A DNA stretch of 64,000 nucleotides from the NCBI RefSeq assembly GCF_009914755.1, contig NC_060944.1; one strand, 5' to 3'. Shown here in pieces: positions 1-14,384 of the stretch. Numbering within the stretch: position 1 is the first letter of the stretch; every line of letters starts with the position of its first letter. A program made the translations under genes and the position numbers. The notes below the pieces were generated by a model. The model was not told the origin of the DNA. It was given only the letters and a program-made list of their open reading frames with translations, and made no database searches. This DNA is from the human T2T-CHM13v2.0 reference genome, Homo sapiens.

Positions 1-113
1 TGCAGTGGCATGATCATAACTCACTGTAGTCTCAAACTCCTCGATTCAAGTGATCCTCCTGCCTCAGCCTCCCAAAGTGCTGGCATTACAGGCATGAGCC
101 ACCATGCCTGGCC
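1..113 (-). mobile_element. Alu (FLAM/AluJ-like) fragment cut by the window start
   Basis: Contains cctcccaaagtgctggcattacaggcatgagccaccatgcctggcc, the reverse complement of an Alu 5' end. Confidence 0.85.
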
Positions 114-429
114 TTAGTTTACTTAAAAAAAATCTAAAAGTTTTAAAAAAACTTTACATAAAAATGGAAATAGCTGTATTATTTATTTTTGATTTATAAT
201 ATATACATATTGGCTATGAAAAATTCAAATGACCAAAAAACTAAAAGATAAAATGAAAACCTAAAAGCAAAATTTACCCTAAATGCTACCACACAGATAA
301 CACAGTTATCCTGTGGTAAATATCCTTCTAGATATATCTCATGCATATGCATACACACATAAACACATAAACATGCTCAGTTTCATATATTCATCTATTC
401 TGAAAACACCTTAAACATTGCCTAAGTGA

Positions 430-1580
430 CTCACATTTTACCTGCTCTTATGTAGCCTCCTTTGTATCTCAACGTATTGGACACCTTCATAACAATATAC
501 AATACTTGGCGTCTTCTATTCTAATGGGTGTAGAGTATTCACCTGAATGAATGTTCCCAATGTTTTTCAAATGTCTGCTGCTGGATCTAGATGTTATTCC
601 CGGATTTTCAGTACTATAAACCCTCGCCGTGATTGACATTCTTTTTCAGTGAAGTCACATTTCATGGGGGTTTCAGGAAAGGCGATATGTCCAGTAAAGT
701 TTTCAAGGAGTCAATATCACCATGCAAAATTAGTTTGGTGCCACTTTGGAGAAAGACGTGGCCTCTCCAATTAGTCCAGCATAGCCAGTCTTTTCTCCTG
801 TATTGGATAAGACAGTTGTTTCCTGAAGCAAGCACTTGTTGAAATAGCTGGCTTGCATTTTGGCGGGGGTCATGTGCTGTGTGAAAAATGAACAATACAT
901 TTACCTTTAAATACAGGGCCAAGCCCAATACGGTGAGATACTCTTATTCATTTGAGGCCTTTCTAGACGACAAGAGACCAGAGAAGAGAGAAGCAGGCCC
1001 CTGTGCCCCTCCTGACATGTCCCTACTGTGTGAAAGGGCTGGGCTGGGGGACAGAATCACCAGGGAATTTCAGGTTCTCTCTCTCTTTCTTACTTACAGA
1101 AACCATAGCATCCCTTTTGGCAATGCTAAATGTGAATCTTGTTATACAGCTTTCCAGAAATGGGTCAGCTGGATAAAAGTGTACCAGGTCAAAAGTTTAC
1201 CAATTTGTCATCCTCATAAAAATGCATAGAAGCGCCTATTTCTTCCAAATGGTATGCTTGATTGAATCTACCTTTGCCAGTCTGACAGGTCCATATGTAT
1301 CACTTTTATTTTTCTTTGTATTTCCTTGGTAGCTTCATTATAGTGAAAATATATCTAAGCTCATTGGCTCTTTCTGGTTATTTGTGAAAGGTCTATGTTT
1401 CTTGCCCATGTCTTTTGTTGGGTGTTCTTTTTCTCTTAGTAACTTAAGAGTTATTTGTGTATTAGGACGATTAAATCTTTGTTACATGCATTGTAAATAT
1501 TTCTCTAGTTTTGTAGTTCATCTTAACTTTATTTATGGTGTTGTCATATAGTGTGAAAGTTTTTGGCTGTTATGTAGAAA
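430..1580 (-). mobile_element. Highly diverged L1ME/L1MC-type fragments, interrupted by an unidentified segment at about 650-1130
   Basis: T-rich sequence resembling antisense old-L1 3' region (ttctaatgggtgtagagtattc; tgcccatgtcttttgttggg; ttgtaaatatttctctag); boundaries approximate. Confidence 0.45.
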
Positions 1581-1719
1581 ACCATACAGTTTCCTCCCTA
1601 TATATCTTAACTCATTTTCTAAGAGTGTTAGATTTTAGTTTGAGTGTTTTCCAGCTTTTGGAATTAAGATATGAGAAAGTTTATGTCAAGCATTTTTGAC
1701 TAATTTATCTAATATTTTA

Positions 1720-1870
1720 ATGCCCTTAAACAGTATTGAGAGGTACAACATTTAAGAGGTGATTAGGTCATGAGGGTTAGTTATCAGAGGAGGAAGTTCC
1801 CGATAAGAGGATGAGTTCAGCCCCCACCCTCTCTGTCTAATGCACATGTGCTTCCTCACCATGTGATGCT
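1720..1870 (+). mobile_element. MaLR LTR fragment (MST/MLT1A-like)
   Basis: tttaagaggtgattaggtcatgaggg ... caccatgtgatgc resembles MST/MLT1A consensus. Confidence 0.55.
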
Positions 1871-1912
1871 ATTATCAATTAGTAATGATCATCCTGCTTT
1901 AAAACATTTAGA

Positions 1913-2231
<319 letters not shown>

Positions 2232-3809
2232 CTATGATCAAATTCTGAGGACTAAATTAGTTTAGTTGTGCCTCATTTTAGTGAAACTCTCACATAAACA
2301 TTTCTGTAGGTAGCAAACAGAAATTAGAAGCTAAGCATTGCAATTTAAAGAATTATAGGAACTTAGGAATCATAACAATTTTCTTTAAATATCAGGTTAT
2401 TTCCCTTAAATAAGTTATGTGCAAGCACTTCGTAAATTCTAAGGTCTTAATCAAAATTTTGATTTTATTACTATTATTATTGGGCTATGTGAAAAAGAGA
2501 AGTGAAATACTAAGCCCATGAAAAAATAAGATTTTATTTAACATAATTTAAGACACAGAGCACTTGTTCAGACTCAAGTCTGTTACATTCTTACATAGAG
2601 TAACTCACATTATTGTTGGAACCAGAGCTACAGTTCGTATCTTTCTTGAGCCTTCCTCAGGGTCCAGAGTTCTGAGAGAATTTCATTATCACCATCTCCC
2701 AAGAAAAACAAGCTTCAGGGGGGCACAATGTGGCCTTTCCGAAGGGCTTTCAGTCCATTCTTGAACTCCACCTTTCAGCATGTGTTGTCTCTTCTTTGTA
2801 GAATGAGAAGAAAAATCATACCATCACACAGTACATGAGACAGTGCAGGAGTGCATTCAAACTGCACAGATAACTCAACTTAAAAAAATCAAGGTCATGA
2901 GATCCCATCCTTGCATTTCTTTGCTGTTCATCATTTCTGTATGCGTATTAGCTGGAAGTGACACCGCACACACTGTGCGCCTGCACCACAGGGAAGGGAT
3001 TCCCCACGTTCACACACAGCTGGCAGAGTTTCCTCACTGGCAGGTGCTGGGAGGGCCAAGGAGCCCTCATTCCCTTTCTTCCTGCCTCTCCTCGTTGCTC
3101 TCTTCCTACCCCAAATACCATCATAGTACAACGCAGTAGACACAACAGTGGCAACTGACCTCAAAAGTCACACAAGGCATTGCTTCTCCGCCATGGTGTT
3201 TGGGACAAGTCGCTGATATTCTGTGGGCTTGGATATTTTATTTTCTCTCGGAGGTGACAAGTTCTGACAGTGGAGGAAGTGTGACTGGTTAATTTTTGTT
3301 AGGCTCCAGCAAGAGAGAGTAAAAGAGGGAATTTTCCAGAAAAAAGGAAATGGGTCTACATGCACTTAAAAAAATGTAGTTTTGGTCTGACCTAAAGGGC
3401 ATGAGTGTTTTTTTTTAGAGATTAAAATCTCTGCTTAATTTCTGCGCTCCTTTGAAATGTGATCCAAAATACATGCTGTACCGGGATGGGATGTATTTTA
3501 GCCCCATGGTTAACTCAGACACAACAGAACAAAACCTGCCACCCTGCCACCTGGTTCCCTTCTTCTGCTGATGGCATGGAGTTGTCTGGCTTCTAAGGGC
3601 TGTTGTGGCAACACCTCTGACTCCTTCCTGCTCTCTGGTGGTTGGCCTCTAAGCCCTGTGGGATCTGAGTCCACTCTCTGCACAAGCTCTGCACTGGGGT
3701 GCCCCCCACAGGACCTCACTGTGGGCTACATTGCTCAACACCTTGGTACCTCTTGTCTGGACTGTTATAATAGCCTCCTGGTCTCTATGCTTTATTCCTA
3801 ATATCCATC

Positions 3810-4142
3810 TGTCTTGGTCTCTTTTGTATTGCTAGAGCAGAATACCACAGGTGGGGTAATTTATAGAGAAAAGAGATTTATTTGGCTCATGGTTCTGGAG
3901 GCTGCATCTGGTGAGAGTTTCCTTGCTGCCTCATACTGTGGGGGAAGGCATCCCGTGGTGAGGAAGCACACTTGCATGAGCCAGAGCGGGTGGGGGCTGA
4001 GCTCATCCTTCTGTCAGGAACCTACTCCTCCGATACTAACCCTCGTGACCGAACCGCCTCCTAAATGCCCCACCTCTCAATACTGTTACAATGGCAATGA
4101 AATTTTAACATGAATTTTGGAGGGGCCATTCAAACCATAGCA
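3810..4142 (-). mobile_element. MaLR solo LTR (MSTC/MLT1A-like)
   Basis: TG...CA termini; gagatttatttggctcatggttctggaggctg; ends aacatgaattttggagggg...ttcaaaccatagca. Confidence 0.8.
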
Positions 4143-4717
4143 CTATCGTTTCACACTCTTGCCAGACAAAAGTCCTGAAATCAGAGCTCTGATGACATCA
4201 TTCCTGGGCTCAAAAATGCTCCATGGCTTTACAAATTCTACTTATAATGTTCTTGGCCTGGAAGTCAAGGCCTCACATATCTTACTTCAATCCACTATTT
4301 CTGGCAGGACACCTCACCACACTTCCCTTGCTCCTGTCCACATGAGCTCTTAGGCCAGGGGCATGCTTCTCTGTTTGACCACATGCACCTCCTCTCCTGT
4401 TATTTCTGCCATTTGAGATGCTCCCCTTCCTACTGCTGCATTAACTGAAAGCCACACTTCATGATCCAGAAGAGATGCCACCTCCTCTGCCAAGCTGGCC
4501 CTGACTTTCCAGGCAGAAATGATGTATTCCCATATGGCATTCATTGCTTTACAGTGAATTAAAGCTATTATTTTTAGTTGTAAAAATACATTTTTTAAAA
4601 CTACAAGTGTAAAATACATTTGTGTTGCAAAAGTCCAGATAATACAGGAAAATAAAAGCTTCCCGTTCCCTCAGCTCTCTTCTAATTTTAATTCTTGGAG
4701 CTATTACTAAGAGTGGG

Positions 4718-5278
<561 letters not shown>

Positions 5279-5666
5279 TCAAGAACATTTTTCCCTATCA
5301 GTATATAAAAATACACTCTACTACTTTTAATGACAGTGTAATATTCTATAGAATATAGGTGTCATAATTTTCTATTTTTCTATAAATTAATATTTTATGT
5401 ATTTCCCATTGTTCTGCTATTACAAATAGTTGTTCAGTAAGCATTCTTGTACATTTATCTTTGTGCAATTGAAGACCAATATTTCTCTCACTTATGTAGT
5501 GCCACCCTTGCTAGTAGGAATGTTCCGTTAAATGCAAAACCTGCAGAACTTGGACTCTTCAACATGTTTCTACTTTGCCAAAACTGTCTACGCCTCCCTG
5601 TGCTTGCTTGCTGCTCCTTGGCTCTTCTTTGTCTTTAATGTTGCCCTTAACTCTAATAAAAGCCTC

Positions 5667-6110
5667 TGTCTTAGTTTAGGTTTCCCCAGAAACACATTTA
5701 AGACAAGGATTTGAATGCAAGTGGCTTATTCAAGAGGTGGCCTCAAGATGCACAGGTAGGGGAGTGGAGGGTGGGGCGGAACAGGGAAGGCAGACAGCAC
5801 CCTGTGCTTTAATGAGCAGGTGATCACTGTGGGCACTTGGAGCACAGTCACACGGAGGCTGGGTACAACATACTGCAGAGTGGTCTCAATTGAGGGGCAA
5901 GGAAGATGGGGGTATTTATTATCCAGTTCCCATCCGTCATCAATTGAGGGTGCTCTTGGAGGCGTAAGCCCCTGGAACACTCAATCTACCCTAGAGCTCC
6001 ATGGCCAGAGAAAGCCCTCAGGCAGAAGGTCACTTGGGCTTTCAGCCAGAATCAGGCTGCATGTTCAGGATTGGTGGGTGCTTGGGGGACCAGGGGGGCC
6101 ACCAAAGGCA
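5667..6110 (-). mobile_element. Old MaLR LTR (MLT1I-L-like)
   Basis: tgtcttagtttaggtttccccagaaac...agacaaggatttgaatgcaagtgg typical of old MLT1 termini. Confidence 0.6.
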
Positions 6111-6253
6111 TAGCCTATTTCCCTGAACAGTCAAAATCAGAGACTCCTAGACAAAGAACAGATCACAGAGGTCAGTCATCAAATCAAGATCTCATAAAAG
6201 ATGCTAGTCCATATCTAGAAAAATATCTTCCAGAGAGATTGCCTGGATGAAGA

Positions 6254-6326
6254 AATAATAATAATAATTAATAACAAATAATAATAATAACAAATAATAA
6301 TAATAATTTATACTAATGTAATAATA
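6254..6326. repeat. Imperfect (AAT)n microsatellite
   Basis: aataataataataattaataacaaataataataataac... Confidence 0.9.
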
Positions 6327-6369
6327 ACACCAGAATAAATAAGATAAATACCTTTCAGTCTATAAAGCT

Positions 6370-6535
6370 CTTTCATATATATATTATATTATTCAAAAAA
6401 CTGAATTTCACAAGAGCCCTGTAAGGTACACATCCTATATTATTCCCTTTTTCCAGATGAGAACATCGAGGTGCAGAGAATTAACTAATAAGTGTCAGAG
6501 TCAGAACTGGTCACCAGTTCTTGTGAATACAAGAT
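6370..6535 (-). mobile_element. MIR
   Basis: Core tattattccc...cagatgagaacatcgaggtgcagaga. Confidence 0.7.
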
Positions 6536-7529
6536 CAGTGATCTAGAGTTAAAGGATGATTAGAATTTTTCTACCCACGATGGGGTCGGTTTGCAGTTCA
6601 AATGTTCTCTTCACCACTCATGGTAATAAAGCCAAACCAAGAACAGGACTTTCAATTCTAAGATTTATTTCTAGATGATTTTGAGAAGTGCTGCAAAACA
6701 AGAAAATGCAATATAGTGCATTTCAGGACAGCCAGATAAATTCCCTCTTATTGATTACATTTCAAATATTTCCAAAATCAGCCTCAATGCTAAAACAAGC
6801 AAGAAGATGATGTCTTTTAGCCAAGAAATTGGCATAATTAGAAATATGGAGGTATAAAAATTAAGATTAATAACGTAAAAAACAAGAAGCATGCACTTCT
6901 AAAAGTTCTATCTTAAATATTTGACATCAAATTTTTACAATGAAACGTAGAGTCTTAAAAGAAAGAACAGACTGAATATTATCACACTGTGGTGGCTTAT
7001 ATCTATATCCTTGATATAAGGGTATAAAAATCTTTATATCTATCCAAGATTTTTAGCAGAAAGGAAAGATCTCTGGGAGCACAGGTAGAGAGGCCCCACT
7101 GGAGTACAAGGAGGGGTGCAGATGGTGTGGTAAGGAGGCTGATGGTCCTATTCAGGATGAATTAAGGTTAGTTTGCATGCTGTTTAAAATCTCAGTCCTC
7201 CGAGATGTTTCCCCAAAATTCAGGGTTCTCTTCCTGCAAGTTTCTATATGCTTTTCAGAAGTTCTTTCCCCCTGTAATTTCTATTAAGAAGCCCAAGTAT
7301 TCCAGTGACGATTTTAAGCTCCATGATTTTCATTATTCCTGATACTATTTTTGCCCTTTTATTCAATCCATGTTAGTCCAATTTGGGAATTTCAGCATGG
7401 AGCTATCTTAGCCCTTGTTGTCTGGGAAGCTTATGTCAGACTATAAATAGCCCACTCAGCCAAGGATTTGTGTCTTTGAAAGTGTATAAACATCTCCTAA
7501 ATGCAAAGTACAATTTCAACTTTAGTAAA

Positions 7530-7689
7530 CATCAGGGTCACTTGGAGGGCTGGCTAAGACACAGATAGCTGGATGTCACCCAGGGATTCTGGTTAGCACT
7601 AGAGTGAAATCCAAGAATTTGCATATCTAACAACTTCCCAGGAGATAACCGATGCTGCTGGTCTGCAGAATACACTTTGGATACCACTG
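7530..7689. mobile_element. MER5-family hAT-Charlie relic
   Basis: ccaagaatttgcatatctaacaacttcccagg...gatgctgctggtctgcagaatacactttggataccactg. Confidence 0.75.
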
Positions 7690-7954
7690 ATGTTGTTGGG
7701 GCACAGATTATATTGAGACTTCCCATTTGATAAAAGGGGGCTACTCTTTAGCACTAAAGAAATTTTCATGACTGGCCATAAAACAGATTAAGTTCAGGAG
7801 ATGGTGGAGGAAGCAGAAGTCTGTCCAGCAGATGTGTGCCCTTATATGCATATTCTGTCTAGTGATTTAGATCCTTAGTACACATACTCCCCTGGACCAA
7901 TATTCCTCAAGGCAAGAGGCTGGTAGTAATGGAGAGATCACCAAAATTCTCTGG

Positions 7955-8170
7955 TGATGCTCTGGATTCAAGTCTTGGTTATGTGCCTTCTCCCTTTTTT
8001 CTGCTGTGTGACCTTAAGCAAGTCACCTAACTCCTCTTAGCCTTAGTGTCCTCCCTGGTCAAGTGCTGACAACATAATCTGTCCTGATCCATGCCCATGT
8101 TGCAGCGATTGTCTAAATAGAAATGAGCTGACACTCACTTTGCATACTGTGAAGCCCTCTCTAGGTGTAA
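7955..8170 (+). mobile_element. MIR
   Basis: Core gctgtgtgaccttaagcaagtcacctaactcctcttagccttagtg. Confidence 0.7.
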
Positions 8171-9459
8171 GGAATTAACTGGGAGCAGCTTGTTCCTGAA
8201 GAGGAGATGGGGGTGCTGCCGCCTGAATCCAGGCTCAGCCCCACATACCGCCTGCCTGGAGGATCACCATATGGAGCCTCACCTTGTTCCCTTTCAAGAT
8301 GAACTTGCATTCCCTAGAAAAAATTTCTCAGCCTTAAAGTCACAACTTCAAAAATGTAGTGGGGACCACATTTAAGAGATCTGGTGAATTTTTGGTGGAT
8401 TCAATTTTTTAAACTGCACTTTTAAAACAAACCCAACTATAGAGATGAAAGCCAAGAATTAAAATATCCATACAGAATAGAAAACATTAATATTTTCAAG
8501 TACAATGAATTGAATAACCATCATAAGGAAACAATAAAACATGAAGTGACTGAGACCAGATGATCACCACTGGGCACACGTGGTCTCTGTAGCAGGCTCA
8601 GGGAGCCCAGGGTTGGCTTTCAGTTTCCTGCAACACAGAGCAGTCCCTTCAGCACTCTGCCAATAAGGATCCCATCGGTTAATGAGACGAGCTTCAACTA
8701 ACTGGCGGAGGCTCGGAGGGTGGGGCACCCACGTTACATTTTCTCCTTGCCCACAACTCTTTGAATTTTAGTCTGGTTGTCAATTGTTCTAGCATCTCTT
8801 CCCCCTAGTGTGCTGTTTCTCCCCTCATAAAAACAGCTACAGAGCTGAGGTCTGAAATATCTGGAGTATATAAAGATGGTGAGGATTGGAGGGGTTCATG
8901 GTGCTCTCTCAGCCCTTGCTTATGAACCCAGCCTCTCTCTTCTCAACCCCCACCTCTGTCCCCAGAAGTTCTCAGTAGCTTCAATAACAAAGGCAGATTT
9001 TCCACCTGTTAACCTGGAAGAATCTGCAAAGAAGCATGAGTGTAAACGGACTTAGAAGAAGTGGAATTCAAGAGTAATGTTTCTGTCACGATGCCTCCCT
9101 CACACCCCATGTCACTGACCATAGGCACCCAGAGTGCTGCAGGGTTCAGGACAGAAGCTCAAATCTCAGAAGCCAACTAGACATCTGTGGATTTGAAGGC
9201 AGGGATAATGAGGACACCACTCGGTCAGTTCTTCCTACAAACAGTAGTTGGTGGAAACCTACCTTTTATAGGGATGTCTTCCCACCTATTTATCTAGATG
9301 AGAAAGCTTTTAGAATAAAAGTAAGATTTTCTTTTATAAAACAAATTTTAAAAACTCTTTGTTCACAACTTTCTTCTTCTCATAGTTAAATCATGGCCAT
9401 TGGAAGCACTACGGTGTTTCTTACTTCTCTGATTTGCACTTTATTAATAGGGAAAGAGA

Positions 9460-9800
9460 TTGCCTTGGTCTGGGTTCCCTCAGAAACTGACCCTGAGATG
9501 AGGGTTTGGGAGGAAAAAGTACATTTGGGAGGAGTGTGGCAGGCAGAGTGGGGAAGGCAGCCTGTACAGGGCACATGCTTGTGTCACCAAGTTGGGGGTG
9601 ACTAGTGCTTGTTCCTCAGGGAGACCTTGGGAAATGGTATAAAATACATAACCACGGAATTATCCCCTAGAGGAGGATTGAGGATCCCCCTGGAGGAGGA
9701 TTGAGCGGGAGTGTCTATCTGGGCAGCTGCAACTACCAGGGAAGTGAGTTGGAGCACACTAAGGTGAAAATGGATGGGGTGGAGAGGGCAGGGGAAGGGT
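9460..9800 (-). mobile_element. Old MaLR LTR (MLT1J-L-like)
   Basis: tgccttggtctgggttccctcagaaactgaccctgagatgagggtttg; resembles the element at 5667. Confidence 0.55.
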
Positions 9801-10279
9801 CACTCATTGCATTAACTGCAGAAGCAAACCCTCTCGATGCTCGCTTTCTAGTGAAAATACATACGCAGGTTTATGCTTAAGGAAAGACAGAGCTCAGATA
9901 TTCATCCCCATTCAACTCATAAGTAAAAATCCTGTTCCCTCCATCTAACATATCAAAAAGCCTGCTTCTGCGCCTTATTTGCTGTTGTTAACAAGCCCCT
10001 CCCCAGAGGATGGAGCCTCTGTTTCTCCTTCCTGCTTCAAAAACGTTGAGGCTGCCAGGCCAGATCCCAGACCCCAGCTTCATCCCATTGCAAGCTCTCA
10101 CCTTGATGCAGTTTGTAGGATTTTGCTGCGTGAGGTGAGTACTGCTGTTTATCCAAAGCAAACCTGCTGAATTGGATTGAAGGGTAGGAGCTGGTGTTTC
10201 TGTAAGTGAGCTGCACCATTTGCTTGTGAAAGTACGTGAGAATGATGATGTTGGACAGGGCAGCAGGGACCATAGAAAG

Positions 10280-10410
10280 CCTCAGCCCAATGCCTTTGTT
10301 TACAGATGAGGAGATTGAACACCAAAGACCTAACATGACTTGTGTAGCGGTTCCTGACTAGTTAGTGGTAGATCTGGGTTTAAAATTTAGCCCATCTTTT
10401 CCAGTGCTCA
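10280..10410 (-). mobile_element. MIR
   Basis: tttacagatgaggagattgaacacca...tgacttg...ctagttagtggtaga. Confidence 0.65.
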
Positions 10411-10629
10411 AACCACTTTGGACAGGTCATGTAAAACATCGTCTGATTCATGGCTGTGAGAAAGATACAAGCTGCCTATAGGCAGGAAGATGGTATAATT
10501 CCCCAAATACCAGGCCATTGGTGGGGGAAAATGAGAATTTTTCATGGCAGAACTTCCAGGAGCTAGTGCTGTGCCCCATGGCATTACCAGAAGGCAGGGC
10601 TGGATGCAACACAGCAATTCACTCATTCA

Positions 10630-11020
10630 TTGTTTTGACTGCAAAAGTGAATTGGCTGAACATAGCACAGTAATTAAAAAAAAACCAAAACCAACCAGTA
10701 CTCACAGTAGCATGGATGTATGGATTATGTTTAGGAAAAGAAATCAGACACGAATAAGGATGTACTGTATAAAGCCCTCCCTCCATAGAAAGTTCAGGAA
10801 CCGGCAACACTAATCTATGGTGATAGACCTCAAAATGTGGTTATTTCTGGGTGGAAGTTGGCATTGACTAACAAAGGCCAGATGGGAACCTAAGCGGGTG
10901 ATGAAAAAGTTTGCTATTTTGATCTGGGTGGGGATATGCAGGTGTTTGCATGGACGGAAGCCAGTGAGCTTGCATCTAAGACTGGGCACTTTATGTTCCT
11001 TATGAAATCTCTCAGTTAAG
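10630..11020 (+). mobile_element. L1MC/L1ME 3' end fragment
   Basis: aaaagaaatcagaca...gtactgtat...actaatctatggtgataga...ttgatctgggtg. Confidence 0.65.
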
Positions 11021-11269
11021 AAGATGAAGAAAAAATCAAAGCAATGCACATAACAGATCATAACCTGGAAAGGAAATTGGAGTAAAATCAGTGGCTTTTC
11101 TCATTCAGTCATTTATTCCCTTAACAAATGTCTGCCGAGGCTGTTGGTGCCAGCCCGCACTCCCCCAGCACTCATCCCTTCTGCACACGCGGACAGTGTC
11201 CCGGGGGAGAGCGCCCTCCACCCTCTGCTCTAGGGCTTCCTCTCCGGCTATGCAAGGCAGGCTGCACGC

Positions 11270-11575
11270 TTGGGAGCCATGTACTGCAGGAGGAACCTTC
11301 TGGTAATGATAGGATAGGGTTGGAGGATAAGTACCCCGGCCTCCTCATTCCCCAGTGGGACGACTCTGCGGCATGTCTGCGCTGGCTCCCAGGGAACAGC
11401 ACCCCAGATGCCCACACTAATAACCTGGTCTCTCACTCATCCTGACTGGGCTGCCTTCCCTTCCCTGTCTCTCTTCCCCTTTCTTCTCCCTCTCCTCCTG
11501 GGATCACCTCCCATACAAACTCCTCACCCTCATTTCCTTGTCCCAAGTTCTACTTTTCAGGGAACCCAGGATACT
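11270..11575 (+). mobile_element. Old MaLR LTR fragment (MLT1J-L-like)
   Basis: ggataagtaccccggcctcctcattccccagtgggacgactctg...tcctgggatcacctccc...gggaaccca. Confidence 0.55.
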
Positions 11576-12738
11576 TTCCTCCTGGTCCTAAGAAAACCCA
11601 GGCAAACCAAGTTTCCTGCTCTCATACAATTTACAGCATGTTGGGTTGAACAGGCAACTTAACAAACATTAAAAACGAAGTGTAACGAGTGCTGAGGTCA
11701 GGGAGCATAGACTGGCGGAAGGCACAGAGCCACAGGGGACCCTAAGCTAGCCCAGGAGAGGTCCCAGAAGCTGAGCTGGGAGTGACTGGGGCTCCCTGCC
11801 TTTTCTTCCCCTTCTTGAACTTCCACTCCTCTCTGTTTCATTTCTTCTCTTCCTTTCAGAAATGAAAGAGACATTTATTTATTTAGGACATTTCCTTATG
11901 ATCCCATAAATATCAGTAGGTATTATATTGAATTCGCCGCCCATGATGGTTTATTGTGATGCCTAATTTCATATCACAGAACTGAGACTCAGCTTTCAAA
12001 AGTGGCTCCGGATGTATGGGAACCATTTTCAATATTTTCAGTATTGCTGCCCATCTGCATGACATATATTTTCTAGGAAAACCCAGCACATATTTCTTAG
12101 ACCGTGGGGGTTAAATGCCTTTCAGGGTAGCTGAAAACTACTTACCAATCAGCAGCTGGCAGAAATGTGTACCAAGAGCTCTCATCTGGAAGTGGGCAGC
12201 TGACTCATGTTGGAGTTGTCATCCCTACTCCAGCAGCCTTCTGGGTGAAAAGTTCTTCAAAGCACATGCATGTGAGGCCAGACCATTTCTCTTCTGTTTT
12301 CTATGCTCCTCACCAAAAAAGAATGAGTCATGGAGCTCTCTAATTCAGGATCCAGTAGAGCATCAGACAGAATGCAGGCTGTTGTTTGAACATCCGTCTC
12401 CAGATAGACTGCAGTGTCATTTAAACAAAGATGTATGCATTTGAATATGGTGCCATACAATTCTTGTGCCGAACTGGCATATCTTCTGAGGGAAGATTTT
12501 ATAGAAATAGAACCACTCCTGTCAGCTGGCCATTTTAAATATTTTTTAGCCTACTCTAGTTGGTATCAGTTAGTTTTATACAGATGTTATCCTTCACTTT
12601 ATATTATAAACCTAGAAAATAATGTTAAAAATGGCACAATATCACCATATACATCCAAAGACCAAAGGACTCTGTTAAACAAAAAGGGAAACTTCATGGT
12701 GAGGTTTGTATATAAAGCTAAACTCAATAAACACTAGA

Positions 12739-13036
12739 TTTTTTTTTTTTTTTTTTTTTTTTTGAGATAGGGTCTCACTATGCCACCCAGGCTGGAGTGG
12801 AGTGGTGTGATCCAGCAATCTCCGCCTCCTGGGCTCAAGCAATCCTCCCACCGCAGTTTCCCAAGTAGCTGGGATCACAGGCATGTGCCCCCATGCCTGG
12901 TTAATTTTTGTGTTTGTTTAGAGATGGGGTTTCACCATGTTGCTCAGGCTTGTCTCAAACTCCTGGACTCAAGTGATCCTCCTTCCTCGGCCTCCCAAAG
13001 TGCTGGGAATACAGGCATGAGCCATTGTGCCCAGCC
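12739..13036 (-). mobile_element. AluJ
   Basis: T-tail; gggctcaagcaatcctccca; 16-bp TSD taaacactagattttt/tagacactggattttt at a TT/AAAA site. Confidence 0.92.
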
Positions 13037-13159
13037 TAGACACTGGATTTTTAAAATCAGTGGCTTTTTCACTTGTTTAGGAAAAAAAGATGATGTAAGA
13101 GAGAAACATGAACATGTTTTTTATTTTAACCACTTATCCTTGATGAAAAATAAAAGACT

Positions 13160-13778
13160 TGTTTAGTCTTCTATTGCTGCATAACACACTACTATAAACA
13201 TAGAGGCTCAAAACAACTTCCATATATTAGCTCACAGTTTTGTAGGTCAGACTTCCAGGTATGGGGTGGCTGGGTTCTCTGCTTAGGTTCTCACAAGTCT
13301 GAAGTCAAGAGGATGGCAGGTTTTGTTTCTCTCTGGGGACTCTGAGAAGAACCTTCTTCCAAGCTCATTCAGGTGTTGGCTGAAGTCAATTCCTTGCAGT
13401 TACAGGACAGAGGTCCTTAGCTCCTAGCTGGCTGTCAGCCAGGGGATCAGTCAGTTCTTAGATATCACCCACATTTCTCACCACATGGACGCCTCTGTTT
13501 TTAAGCTAACCACAATCTCCTTCACATGGTAGCCCTTTCAAACTTCAAATATCTTCTACCAAGAAAAGCCCAATCCCTTTAAAGGGCTCATTTGATTAGG
13601 TCAGGCTCTTAGAGGATAATCTCCCTATCTTAAAATCAATTGATTTGGGGCCTTAACTACATTTGCAAAATTCCTTCACAGCGGCACCTATATTGGTGTT
13701 TGCTGAATAACAGGGAGGGCGTGTGTGAACACCAGAGGCTTTAATCTTGAGGGCCATCTTAGAATTCTGCCTGTGACA
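13160..13778 (-). mobile_element. MaLR solo LTR (MLT1E-like)
   Basis: ctattgctgcataac...ttagctcacagttttgtaggtcaga...ggccatcttagaattctgcctgtgaca. Confidence 0.8.
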
Positions 13779-14054
13779 GGATTATTTAGTAAATATTGAT
13801 TTACCCTCTTCATAGAAAATTTATAATCAATAAGGGAGGCAGATATGGTGCTTTCCTTATTGATTACTTACAAGGTCCAGCAGGCAATACAAAGTAGTTA
13901 AATGGGCCATGTGTAAGACAATATGGTGAAACAGAAGGCTCAGTGGCTTCTTGTAACTAGTCATACTCAACTAAGTTGATGGCTGCTCTGTGACAATATA
14001 CTCTCTATATTGCCAAATCTTCTCATTTTTAAGAGAAGTAAAAATTCTTTTGGG

Positions 14055-14372
<318 letters not shown>

Positions 14373-14384
14373 TAAAAGTTGTCA

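Noticed and set aside
1074-1100. Strong-looking splice acceptor (ctctctctttcttacttacag); a similar one at about 45255-45268
   Set aside because: No supportable downstream exon, donor or reading frame; such motifs are frequent by chance.
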